The notes: generated by a model not told the origin, from the sequence alone. A stretch of DNA of 64,000 nt from Planctomycetota bacterium (GCA_027001995.1 JALTLO010000197.1:14781-78780), one strand, 5' to 3'; positions 1 to 9,312 are shown, numbered from the stretch's first letter. A program made the numbers and translations.

Positions 1-876
1 GCCCATCGGTAATCGACTTCTTGGTTGAGGGCTCTGCTTTATTTTGTATGTGATTTTGCCGTCCTCAAGGGAGAGGTTGTGCTCATGGCCGGCGCGCAAG
101 TAGGCTAGTGATCTTTCCAATTCCTTGTGGTCAAACCAAAGGCCGTGTTTTCCACAGACATCGACAATGACACGACTCTTCGCTCCTAGAGAGCGAGGGA
201 CCATTTTGTCGTCACAAACTAGACAGCTCAGATACTTGAACTCCGGCGTTTCTGATGCAAAAGGGGAGTTTTCTTGCTGGGCCGAAAAGTCTTGTAAGGC
301 AATTTTGCTCTCCTCAGCATTCTTCACCATTTTCGAAAAACTATTGGGACTAAGCCAAATGCCCCGGCAATGGCTGCATTCGATAAAACTTGTGTTCTTG
401 CAATGACGGGTTCGCAATGCTGAATCACAACGAGGACAGGTTTTCCCGTCTGGCACGGCGACAATCGATTGAGGGTCGATATTGACGCCGCACTCCATGC
501 AGAATTGTGCGGTGGCTGACATTCTGGCCAAGCAACAGGGGCAAACTGTGCTCAAGGTTCGTTCTTCTATCGAGAATCCTTGCAGGCAATAACGACAGTT
601 CTTGCGATTTTCATCCAAGGGCCCGCCGCAACTTGGGCATCGCAGAGGGGTTGGTTCGTGAGCAAGGTGTTCCGTGACGGTGAGCTTTTGGCCGCAAAGA
701 CAGAGTAGTTTGTCGCCTATTTCATGGCTTGTCACGTCATATTGGCGATTGCAGTCTGCACAGGCGATGAGTCTCACTGATAATTCTCCTGACCACGATT
801 CTATCACAATAACGACATATTTTGTCCGCCACACCGCTGAATTGCCTGTCTTCAAACATCTCGATCGATCCCACAT
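1..876 (-). CDS. Multi zinc-ribbon protein (zf-TFIIB/DZR-like CxxC...CxxC repeats), 3'-truncated by window edge
   Basis: Manual translation of the minus strand: open frame from ATG at 876..874 to beyond position 1 (>290 aa), with no stops. It has at least five CxxC-(10-20 aa)-CxxC units (CADCNRQY..CLCGQK, CPSCGGPL..CRYC, CPCCLARM..CMECG, CPRCDSAL..CSHCRGIW, CLVCDDKM..CGKHGLWFDHKELERSL). The last two resemble the bacterial zf-TFIIB-type ribbon. The ORF track does not list it because it runs off the edge. Confidence 0.5.
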   Translation of the reverse strand, partial: MWDRSRCLKTGNSAVWRTKYVVIVIESWSGELSVRLIACADCNRQYDVTSHEIGDKLLCLCGQKLTVTEHLAHEPTPLRCPSCGGPLDENRKNCRYCLQGFSIEERTLSTVCPCCLARMSATAQFCMECGVNIDPQSIVAVPDGKTCPRCDSALRTRHCKNTSFIECSHCRGIWLSPNSFSKMVKNAEESKIALQDFSAQQENSPFASETPEFKYLSCLVCDDKMVPRSLGAKSRVIVDVCGKHGLWFDHKELERSLAYLRAGHEHNLSLEDGKITYKIKQSPQPRSRLPMG

Positions 877-1135
877 TTCTTTCGTCAAACCTTCGAGGGG
901 GCAGTGTCTCAAACAAATCAAGAAAATTGAAAGAAAGTTCGCAACGTTTTGCCAAGGTTCTCGCCTATAGAGGTGGAGGTGCTGCTTGCGGCACTTCTCC
1001 TTGCTAAGGGTTCACCATTGAACTTGAGAGTTTGCTTTTGGCGCGAAGTCTCGTTCCGGACGGAGAAATCCGTTCCGTGGTGCATCATTGGTTTGGCATT
1101 CCTTCAGGCGTACGGCAATGGTGAGGGTCGGGTTC

Positions 1136-2638
1136 CTAACAGGACTCGGCCTTTTTTAACGCTAAGTGATCGCCCGAGTGGTTTTCAAAGGTTTGTTCCC
1201 GTTCTCGGGGAAGAAGAGATCCTAAGAGTAGTAGCAGCCCAGGTGAGATTTGGAGCAATAGGCGTGGAGCTGCGGTTTGCAGATGCCAAACTTGTTTCGG
1301 AATAGCAACCATCACCAAGAATACGGCGCAGAATTGTCCCAGGGCCGTTAACAGCAAGAAAAGATTCCTGCGGGTGCGTACCGGTTGGCCCACCGCGGCT
1401 ACCAACATCAAAATCATAAGTCCCGGCCAGAAAAGGACCCAATTTTGTGCCGTTCGGTTGGCCGGAGGGTGTTGGTGCCAGAATCCGAAACCCGAGCGAT
1501 TTGTGAGCTCATCCCCAAAGAAGGTGGCGGCTATCCTCCAGCGCTCTCCGTCTTTAAGGGCATCGATGACCGGGGCTGCCCCTTCTTGCGTTAGGAGGTT
1601 TGGCGGCGCCCAGTTGTTCTTGAACAAATACCAGGCTGCGAATCCAGGCGCTGCTGCCAGAAGAATCTGCATCATCCTCAGCATGAAGCCTCGTCGTTGT
1701 GATTTTCCGAGGAGGGAGAGGAGGAGGAAAAGGGAAAGGGCTACAAGGGCGTACATCCAACCCTCGTTTTTGATCCAAGGAAGAAGGCCAAGAAAGAAGC
1801 CAGCAATCCAAGGGGAAGCACTTGTGGTGTTTGGGCCTTTGAGAAGCAAAGCCAACGAACCGAGGGTGATGGCGTTGAGGGCGGCTAAGATAACGTCCGC
1901 ATATTGATAGGCTGCGATGGTCACGAAATGAGGGGTGGCACAGGCGATAGCTGCGAGAACGAATCCGGCTGTGGCGCCACTGAGTCGTTGTCCCATACGC
2001 AACAAAACAAAGACGAAGGCCACGAACCCGAAGTAACCTACGACTTGAGAAATCACGTATGGCTCAGAGCCAGCGATTCTGAATGCCGACGCCAAAGTCC
2101 CGGGGAGCATGTGTGGATATTCTGGATGTCCTAGGGGCATGAGAGCTAACTTGTCATGCATGTTTCCATCAAAGCGTCCCATGAGTCGCCCAAGAGCGTT
2201 CCAAATGGCAAAGCCATCCCAACCGCCTGTCGGCATCACATGGCTACGTATCCAAAATAGTGTCGATGACCATAGAAACATGATGAGAGCCAAGATGCCA
2301 CAGGCGTGACGATAGGGGCTGGGCTTGTCAATGGACTTGTCAATGGACTTGACAATGGACTTGACAACGGCTTCTTCCTTGCGAAGCCAATAGAAGGCAC
2401 CTGCCCCCAGCAACAAGATTGCCCATGTCCCAGCGAGTGAGGGCGTCGAGGGGAAATGATCGGTGAACCATTTGACATAGAAAAAATGAAGGGATGTGAC
2501 AGCCATAGCGATCAGCGGGCCGAAGGCCAAGGAGTCAACAAGGCGTTCCCAAAGAGAACAACTAGAGCGTCTTGCCATGGACGCAGCAACCAAGAATCCT
2601 GGGAGGAAAATGAGGCAAAGGCTCCAAATGACGCTCAT
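1136..2638 (-). CDS. Integral membrane GT-C-type glycosyltransferase-like protein (ArnT/PMT-like), with in-frame SIDK tandem repeat
   Basis: 500 aa with many predicted TM helices. Overall resembles ArnT/PMT_2-type polyprenyl-phosphate-sugar transferases. Its start overlaps the stop of the upstream ORF at 2638. Confidence 0.5.
   Translation of the reverse strand: MSVIWSLCLIFLPGFLVAASMARRSSCSLWERLVDSLAFGPLIAMAVTSLHFFYVKWFTDHFPSTPSLAGTWAILLLGAGAFYWLRKEEAVVKSIVKSIDKSIDKPSPYRHACGILALIMFLWSSTLFWIRSHVMPTGGWDGFAIWNALGRLMGRFDGNMHDKLALMPLGHPEYPHMLPGTLASAFRIAGSEPYVISQVVGYFGFVAFVFVLLRMGQRLSGATAGFVLAAIACATPHFVTIAAYQYADVILAALNAITLGSLALLLKGPNTTSASPWIAGFFLGLLPWIKNEGWMYALVALSLFLLLSLLGKSQRRGFMLRMMQILLAAAPGFAAWYLFKNNWAPPNLLTQEGAAPVIDALKDGERWRIAATFFGDELTNRSGFGFWHQHPPANRTAQNWVLFWPGLMILMLVAAVGQPVRTRRNLFLLLTALGQFCAVFLVMVAIPKQVWHLQTAAPRLLLQISPGLLLLLGSLLPREREQTFENHSGDHLALKKAESC
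2327..2374. repeat. 12-nt tandem repeat (gtcaatggactt x ~4, last copies degenerate), in-frame inside CDS 1136..2638 (encodes SIDKSIDKSIDKP)
   Basis: Direct reading: gtcaatggactt gtcaatggactt gacaatggactt gacaacggcttc. Confidence 0.7.
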
Positions 2639-3132
2639 TATTTCTTCTCGTTCGGTTGCAATACTAAGAATCGATTCCCAAAAGCCTTGGCCTTGAATTC
2701 TACTTTCTTCCTTAATTCCGTTTGCAGGAATTGTTGGCGTTTTGGCGAAACTCGATCGAGCACAATGGGGACATCATGGCTGAGGAAAACAGCCAAGGCC
2801 GCCGGACTCGATTGTTCGGATCGGGGGACGACTGCGGCGGGGAAGAATTCAAACTGAGCTTCGTAGTACATCTTTTGTCGGTTGAAGGTTTGATCTTCGT
2901 TGTAGAGGACAATAAAGGAATGCCCTTCGAGCAATTGAGCGATGCGCCGATGATCCAGATCTGGCATCCCACTTGGTTTCGCTTTCGTCTCGACCCAGGC
3001 GATTTGTTTTTGTATCTGTATTCCGGCATATCCCAAATAGACCACCAACAATCCGAAAATCAAGCTCCAGCGCAGGGTGTTTGGGGGCCGCGTTTGGTGG
3101 CTGGGGGAGTGGGGTTCTTTCATAGGGATCAT
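2638..3132 (-). CDS. Hypothetical membrane-anchored protein (single N-terminal TM)
   Basis: 164-aa ORF lying between two GT-C genes, with overlapping start/stop that suggests an operon. No recognisable catalytic motif. Confidence 0.4.
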   Translation of the reverse strand: MIPMKEPHSPSHQTRPPNTLRWSLIFGLLVVYLGYAGIQIQKQIAWVETKAKPSGMPDLDHRRIAQLLEGHSFIVLYNEDQTFNRQKMYYEAQFEFFPAAVVPRSEQSSPAALAVFLSHDVPIVLDRVSPKRQQFLQTELRKKVEFKAKAFGNRFLVLQPNEKK

Positions 3133-3299
3133 GATCCACTGGTAAGGGATAGCTGTTCACGACTACGATCTATTGAACAAGTCGGGTTGTTAAGCGTACT
3201 CAAGCATTCCGTTGATCACCATCTTGGAAATGCGATTATTTTTGTTTTCGGAAGGAGATCTGATTTTCTTGATGCTATGGAATCTGTGACGATCGACCA

Positions 3300-5480
3300 C
3301 TACTTTTTGGTGCTCGTTTGAGAGAATTGTCGAAGTTGAACCATGGTTCCTGGGATCGTCGGGAAAGCTATGCTTGTATAGGTTGGAGTCTTCTTTCCAG
3401 TGGTGATCTCTGCCCTAAAACGACCATGGTCGTCAATCTTGATTTCTTGATGAAGGGGAGATGGAGCGCTTCCCAAGAAAGTGACACGTATGGATTTTCC
3501 TGGAACTTCCTTCGTGATTGTTCCTTCAATATGAAACACAGTTTTCTTGTTCTTGTTTTTGTTCGGGAAACGGGAGAAAAAAGTGACTCGAAGGCCAGGG
3601 GCAGTGGCGGTGAGGGTGAGGCCTTTTCGGGACGACTGCTCCGTTGAGGCATGGGAATAGGAAAGCATCCCTTTCATGCCATCATGTTCAAATTGCTGAA
3701 GCTCTGCCGTCGATAGCACCCTCTCGCTTGATTCGCCTTCTTGATTCCAGGTATTCACGCTTGCGATGATGATAAATGTTCCAAGCAAAACAAGAAGTGG
3801 AGAGATGACAGAAGGCGGCAAGATATTGCGCCGCCCCAAAGAAAGGGCAACCCAAGCATCGGCCCAAGATGAAACAACCCATGCCGGGAGTAAGAGGTAG
3901 GCGGGGAGAAGGTAATTTGGTCCAAAGGACGGGATGTAGTAAACGTCAATCATGGCTACTGCGGCGGCCCGCAGGATGAAAGCGAACCCCAAGACCATTG
4001 GCACGATCGTTGCCGGACGAAATCCCTTTCTAAAGCCACAAACAACAACAATGACGGAAGCCAACAGGGCTAAGATCGCGAATGAGAACTGATATTTTCT
4101 TGCGCCGTTGAGCATCCACAAGGCGACGTTTTTTCTGCGGAAGAAGTCTATATCAAGGTGGGAACTTGGTTCTCCAGTCACGCGGCGGGCAATGGCGATG
4201 TCTTCTGTGGTACCATAGTCCTTTGGGATGATCCCTCCCAGTGTCACGGGGCTTACATCAACATGGATGGCTCGGCCCATGTTGGTAAACGTCCTCAAAA
4301 CGGTGGGCCACCAGAAATCTTGCCTAAACCTTGGTACCAGAGAGTCTCGGCGCTCGTCCGCTGGTATCTTTCCAGAGTCGCAGGCATCGTTGATTTGCGT
4401 GGCTAACCGCAAATAGTAATCCCTTGCTAGTTTCGCGTTCTTATGGTGCCCCATACGGGATGCTGCGCGTCGAACCACCCATTTGAGGATATCGAGTGTT
4501 CGTTCATTGTTCTCCGTAGGAGGATGGCTGTTCCGATTTGTTGGTCCGCTTAAGATTGGCAGGATTTCTGCGAATGCCGGACTAACTTTGGCGATGTCCT
4601 CCATCGTTTCCCGGTCCACAGGTTCGTAAGGCAATCGGGATTTAGGCTTGACTCTCTGAATTGCTCCGATGGCTGCAACGAATTCAGGAGATTTCAATTC
4701 GGTTTCTATGGCAACGCCATAGTGCTTGCGGTTGAGTTCCATGATCCCGACTCTCCCGCCAAAAAGGAGGCCAATGGGGAGAATGGAGAGAAGTAGAATT
4801 GTGGCCGCTGATCGAACGCGGCTTTCATTTGGACCCGGATTGACCAGAATGCCTGCGACTGCCATCAAAACGAATGCCGGGATGATCCAGATGCCTTCTT
4901 CTCGGATTTGCCAATAGAGTGCCAATGAGAGGCCAAGCCCTATGGAGCAAATAAGACGTCTTTTGATTCCTCCCGGGATCACTGTGCCTAAGCCGGCGCA
5001 TAGGACAATGATAGTCAGGCTGGGATAGATAGATTCTCTCAGCACATAGGCCATGCTTCCAGCGCTCAGTGTAGCAGGAGAAAAGAGGATCGCTCCTAGG
5101 GCACACAGGCGGAAGAGGAGGCCAAATCTAACGAGGGACATGACCGCAAAAAGTGCTAACGATGCGGCCACAAGCAGGAGATCTTGTCCAAGTCGCGTGG
5201 AAATCCCGACTAGTTTGAAGCCAGCCAAGATGATGGGATATCCAGGCATCTTGGCGAGAGTTGTGTGGTCGTAGGGACCCAGCCACTGGCCTTCCGTCAT
5301 GAAATTGGCTGAGCTTGTATAGAACTCATCGTCGACCTGAAGGTGGGCTCGGATAGAGATGGGGGCGTTCGCTGTGAGCAGAAGCCTCAATGAAATCAAG
5401 ACAATGATGACCCACCAAGTGGCCCAGGGGTTTTTGTATCCTTGCTCATTCGAGTGGTCTTTGGATTTTTCCAGTGGCAT
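3300..5480 (-). CDS. Membrane GT-C glycosyltransferase (PMT_2/ArnT-like) with C-terminal periplasmic domain
   Basis: 726 aa. The N-terminal ~450 aa is polytopic with the loop pattern typical of dolichyl/undecaprenyl-phosphate-sugar-dependent transferases. C-terminal soluble domain. Confidence 0.5.
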   Translation of the reverse strand: MPLEKSKDHSNEQGYKNPWATWWVIIVLISLRLLLTANAPISIRAHLQVDDEFYTSSANFMTEGQWLGPYDHTTLAKMPGYPIILAGFKLVGISTRLGQDLLLVAASLALFAVMSLVRFGLLFRLCALGAILFSPATLSAGSMAYVLRESIYPSLTIIVLCAGLGTVIPGGIKRRLICSIGLGLSLALYWQIREEGIWIIPAFVLMAVAGILVNPGPNESRVRSAATILLLSILPIGLLFGGRVGIMELNRKHYGVAIETELKSPEFVAAIGAIQRVKPKSRLPYEPVDRETMEDIAKVSPAFAEILPILSGPTNRNSHPPTENNERTLDILKWVVRRAASRMGHHKNAKLARDYYLRLATQINDACDSGKIPADERRDSLVPRFRQDFWWPTVLRTFTNMGRAIHVDVSPVTLGGIIPKDYGTTEDIAIARRVTGEPSSHLDIDFFRRKNVALWMLNGARKYQFSFAILALLASVIVVVCGFRKGFRPATIVPMVLGFAFILRAAAVAMIDVYYIPSFGPNYLLPAYLLLPAWVVSSWADAWVALSLGRRNILPPSVISPLLVLLGTFIIIASVNTWNQEGESSERVLSTAELQQFEHDGMKGMLSYSHASTEQSSRKGLTLTATAPGLRVTFFSRFPNKNKNKKTVFHIEGTITKEVPGKSIRVTFLGSAPSPLHQEIKIDDHGRFRAEITTGKKTPTYTSIAFPTIPGTMVQLRQFSQTSTKK

Positions 5481-5570
5481 ACAGCTGGTGTTTCCTCAAC
5501 AGCGATAAACTGAGCGTCAAGAGTTCTTGAACGCCTTGGGTCGTTTCCTACTCAGGGCCTTGTTTATCTA

Positions 5571-6653
5571 TCACCCAGGAATCAAGGGTAGCTCAATTCT
5601 TTGAGGCTTTCCATTGCGCCAAAACTTGATTCTTATGGTTTGCCCGACCTGGCATCGGAGTCGGATCCATGCGTGGAAATGATCGGCGTCTCGGAAGTCT
5701 GATTTGCTGTTGATTGATAGGACGATGTCGCCTTTGCGGAGTCCAGCTTTCTTGACATTGGCGCCGAGAGATTTCCTTGGGCCCCAATCGACGATGTAGT
5801 CCACGCGCATAGCAAAAGGATATTCCTCTAAGCCGAGCTCCTTCTTTGTTTCTTGAGAGAGAATCTGGCCGCCGAATCCTGGGGCTGGCGACAATTCCCA
5901 TTTCATCGGGCGCCAAGAATATTCGAAGGGGCTGATTCGCTTCCAACCATCTTTGAGCTTCAGCTTGAACGTCTTCAAGCTGTCGCCCCGAGACCAATGA
6001 GTGGTGAGAGTGGTCCTTGCTTCTTTGGTTTTATGAAGAGCGTGTTGGAAATCAGCGATGCTAAAAACTCTCTTGTTTTCGATGCTGAGTAGTTTGTCGC
6101 CGGGCCTAAGACCAGCCACATGGGCGCTGCTTTTCGGGGTGACAGACATAAGGGTCGTTTGATGGATGGGGTCCATTTCTATGCCAATTTGTCGAGGAGC
6201 TGGGTAGACGAATTTCTTTTCGGGAGTCCAGGTCTTCTTGGCGATGGCTTCCCGTCGTAATGCTGGGAAAATGCTATGACAATGGACACATTCTAATTTC
6301 TTACCACGGACCCCTTTGGCAAAGGCAGGCACGTCAAAAATCGTCGTTCTGGTATTCGGGATGTCTGGTTTCTTCTTGGGGCGAGATTCTGTTTTTTTGT
6401 GGATTCGATGGTTGTCTCTTAGCTCCCTGAGCCATGCTGCAATTGCCCTTGGCTGTTGCCAAAGGTTCGCGCTGGATTTGTCGCGCCCCCCAAAGCGGCT
6501 GACAAGATTGCCGTCGGGGCTGTGAACTGTCATAGCGAAGGTGAGATCGTAGTCGAATTGGAACTTATTGAGGTCAACAGTACTCATGTCGGTGATGCGC
6601 AGACAAACGAAAGATCTGAGGAGTGCTGTCAATGTCTTGTTCGGTCGGAGCAA
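5571..6653 (-). CDS. Periplasmic thioredoxin-fold / CXXCH / double-PDZ protein; listed ORF is the part downstream of two in-frame TGA codons (selenoprotein candidate or pseudogene; see findings)
   Basis: Two PDZ-like segments (AGLRPGDKLLSIENKRV and AGLRKGDIVLSINSK). CVHCH heme-binding-type motif. N-terminal DYDLTFAMTVHSPDGNLVSRFGG is thioredoxin-fold-like. The same frame stays open upstream through TGA 6681..6683 and TGA 6690..6692 to at least 6821. Confidence 0.55.
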   Translation of the reverse strand: MLRPNKTLTALLRSFVCLRITDMSTVDLNKFQFDYDLTFAMTVHSPDGNLVSRFGGRDKSSANLWQQPRAIAAWLRELRDNHRIHKKTESRPKKKPDIPNTRTTIFDVPAFAKGVRGKKLECVHCHSIFPALRREAIAKKTWTPEKKFVYPAPRQIGIEMDPIHQTTLMSVTPKSSAHVAGLRPGDKLLSIENKRVFSIADFQHALHKTKEARTTLTTHWSRGDSLKTFKLKLKDGWKRISPFEYSWRPMKWELSPAPGFGGQILSQETKKELGLEEYPFAMRVDYIVDWGPRKSLGANVKKAGLRKGDIVLSINSKSDFRDADHFHAWIRLRCQVGQTIRIKFWRNGKPQRIELPLIPG

Positions 6654-7359
6654 CTGCTCGTCGGTGGATTTGCAATCCCTTCAGGGTACTCAGCGAAAGA
6701 CTGTGAGCATGGGTTTCTGTTGGGCTTGGGATTTCTCTTCCGCGGCCTGCAAGTTGGACATCCAAGAGAATCTTTGGGCGCAAACGGACATGTTCATGGC
6801 GAACAGGGCGAAACCGACCATAAGAACATGAGAAAGGAGCTTTTTCGGACCTGATTTGAACATGGAGTTTTTTCCTGGGGCTGGGCTTCGTCTCTAAGAA
6901 AGTACCTGGTCATGGGGGAGCCGCAAGGGATTCTTGAGCTGACTTCGTGGCTCTAATTCTTTTTTCGACACTTGGGCCGTCTCTCATTCATGATCTTCCC
7001 CGTCTGCAGAGCGCCCAAGCTCAACGTCCACCGCTGCTCGCTTTTGCCCGATGCTGGTCCAATCACTTTGATCTCATGAAAAAAATGGGCCCTGAGGTTA
7101 TGATTTCCCCATGAAGAAAATCACTGGAATTCTATTGTTGTCATTTTTGGCCCTTCATCCATCTCTCTACGCCCAGTGAAGTGGCTGAACCACAGGAGCG
7201 CCGTCGGTCGGACGGCCTACAAGTATTGAAACAGAAGCGGGTGGTTTTCGCGTTGCCGCTTGGGGAACGTTTGAGCGTCGAGATCGCCTTTATGTCGGCT
7301 CACAACGGACGAATGACCCTTCTGGAGAATCCGTAGAGATTGCCCGGGCGCTGCTGGAA

Positions 7360-8064
7360 TTGGAGTACGCCATCGATTCCAACCTGACGGTCTCGGCGAT
7401 CTTTTCTTACATTGACATCGAACGTCGTCTACCGGGGGCCAACTTGCGCGAGCGAGTTTCTGGCATTGGTGATACCCAGCTGATTTTTCGTTGGACCGCA
7501 ATCGATAGTGGATTGACGGAGGAAGAGCAAATCCCGTGGTTGGCTGATTCCCCTCGTTTTCGCTTGCGGGTGAGTTTTGGCGTCTCTCTTCCGACGGGCA
7601 AAACCAGGTCGCCGAATTTGAGCATTGGCGGCACGCCTACGTCACTTCTGCAAACGGGGTCCGGGACATTTCAGCCCCTTCTGGGTGTTGGGACGCGATG
7701 GGACTGGGGCGGTATTGCGCTTACCGCAGATGTGCAGTCGACTTTGCCGTTCTACGAAAATGACAATGACTTTCAGCAAGGTGTGTCTATCAACTCGAGT
7801 TTGGGATTCGAATTGAAACCCACAGACGGGTTGATTCTTCGCATCGCGATCGATGGAGACTATCGCAAACGTGATTTGCAATTTGGCGATCGCATTGAAC
7901 CTGGAGGAGGTTTGCGGGTGGCGGCCCATCCCGTCATTATTTGGTCGCCTATTGAAGAACTGCAGATTTTCGCTGGTGTGGTTTTACCGTTTTATCGGAA
8001 TGTCCCACAGCGTCTCCTGGACACCGCCGCCAAAGTTGAGTTTGGCGTGTCATTCGTCTTCTGA
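7360..8064 (+). CDS. Outer-membrane beta-barrel protein (MetA-pathway/transporter-like), N-terminal region disrupted by frameshift
   Basis: Alternating beta-strand pattern and a C-terminal aromatic residue (ends ...VSFVF). The same frame is open back to 7189. A signal-peptide-like ORF starts at ATG 7110 in another frame. Confidence 0.5.
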   Translation: MEYAIDSNLTVSAIFSYIDIERRLPGANLRERVSGIGDTQLIFRWTAIDSGLTEEEQIPWLADSPRFRLRVSFGVSLPTGKTRSPNLSIGGTPTSLLQTGSGTFQPLLGVGTRWDWGGIALTADVQSTLPFYENDNDFQQGVSINSSLGFELKPTDGLILRIAIDGDYRKRDLQFGDRIEPGGGLRVAAHPVIIWSPIEELQIFAGVVLPFYRNVPQRLLDTAAKVEFGVSFVF

Positions 8065-8336
8065 GACGGAGGTCTCATGATCTGAAGGTCATCGTTTGAG
8101 ATCACGGATGGGAGGCAGGGCAGTCTGAGCTGTCCGAGAAAACCCGACCTGGACTCAAAGTTCTTGGCCCACTGAGGTTGGCCCGAAGGTTGATTCGGGA
8201 ACTTGAAGAAGTCGCAGGCGGTGGTAACGTCCATGTGATTCTTGATGAATGTCCTCCAGGTTTGGCGAGCGTGATTCACGCAACAAAGCTCTGAAGTTCT
8301 TTCTCGGACATCTTGTCCGACCTTGAACTGCATGAA

Positions 8337-9170
8337 TTAGTTGGGCTGAGTGCTGGGGGTGGTCACATAGGGTGGTTGGTTTAGGCCAGCAGGGGAGGCG
8401 GTGAAAATCTCACAGCCGTCTTCAGTTACCGCCAGTGAGTGTTCGAATTGGGCACTCCACTTGTGGTCGATGGTGAGGGCGGTCCAGTTGTCGGCCAAAA
8501 TGTTTGACTTCCAATGGCCAAGATTGATCATCGGTTCGACGGTGAAGAACATACCCTTCTTGAGGGTGATGCCTGTTCCCTCCCGCCCGTAGTGATTGAT
8601 CTGAGGATCGGAGTGAAACTCCCGGCCTAGTCCGTGGCCACAAAATTCACGGACAACAGAATAGCCCTCTGATTCCGCGATGGTCTGGATGGCGAAGCCG
8701 ATGTCTCCAGTCTTGGCCCCTGGCTTGATGCGATCGATCCCGGCCATGAGGCAGCGGTAGGTGCAGTCCACCAATTTGCGCGCTTCTTCGCTGACATTTC
8801 CCACCAAGAACATACGGCTCGTATCGCCATGCCAGTTGTCCAAAATGGGGGTGACGTCGATATTGATGATGTCTCCATCCTGCAAAATTTGCTCTTCATT
8901 GGGAATGCCGTGACAGATGACCTCGTTCACTGAAGTGCAAATGGACTTGGGGAAGCCGTGATATCCCAGTGGGGCTGAGGTCGCTCCAGCTTTTTGGGTG
9001 TAAGCTTCGCAGAGGTCGTTTAATTTCTGAGTCGACACCCCTGGAATGACATAAGGTGTGATGTAGTCAAGGATTTCAGCGGCCAAACGGCCTGCTGCCC
9101 GCATACCTTCGAATTCACGTTTGCTGTGAATAATGATCTGTTTGCGATTTGCGAACATCTTCGACCCCAT
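8337..9170 (-). CDS. map: Type I methionine aminopeptidase
   Basis: Full-length match to the MetAP-I pattern, with the metal-ligand context (D..D..H..E..E) and a characteristic CHGIP motif. The start may be at MFANRK (9158). Confidence 0.9.
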   Translation of the reverse strand: MGSKMFANRKQIIIHSKREFEGMRAAGRLAAEILDYITPYVIPGVSTQKLNDLCEAYTQKAGATSAPLGYHGFPKSICTSVNEVICHGIPNEEQILQDGDIINIDVTPILDNWHGDTSRMFLVGNVSEEARKLVDCTYRCLMAGIDRIKPGAKTGDIGFAIQTIAESEGYSVVREFCGHGLGREFHSDPQINHYGREGTGITLKKGMFFTVEPMINLGHWKSNILADNWTALTIDHKWSAQFEHSLAVTEDGCEIFTASPAGLNQPPYVTTPSTQPN

Positions 9171-9312
9171 TTTCGTCCGTGATCAAGCAAAAAAACTTGC
9201 AATCCGTTACAGGGTAGACACAAACCGCCTCAATGCAAGGTTTGATCTACTCAGGGGGCAAGGAGTATAGTGTTGCGGACATCAGAACGTCGTTTTTGAA
9301 GAAAGATCTAAG

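Noticed and set aside
6693-6862. Short ORF from ATG 6862 (MFKSGPKSSFLMFLWSVSPCSP) as an independent gene
   Set aside because: It is out of frame with the thioredoxin/PDZ gene by one base at a 4-nt homopolymer. With one extra A it becomes a perfect signal peptide for that gene, so it is treated as part of the frameshift problem and not as a gene.
7141-7188. Apparent second U-S-G-U (double TGA) pattern right after a signal peptide in the OMP gene
   Set aside because: It arose from my own mis-transcription of ttgttgttcattttt. On re-reading, frame 0 runs MKKITGILLLFIFGPSS... and the TGAs are ordinary stops in a non-coding frame.
8065-8336. Small hairpin GAGAC-ggag-GTCTC right after the OMP stop, as a terminator
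   Set aside because: Only a 5-bp stem and no U-run. Too weak to call.
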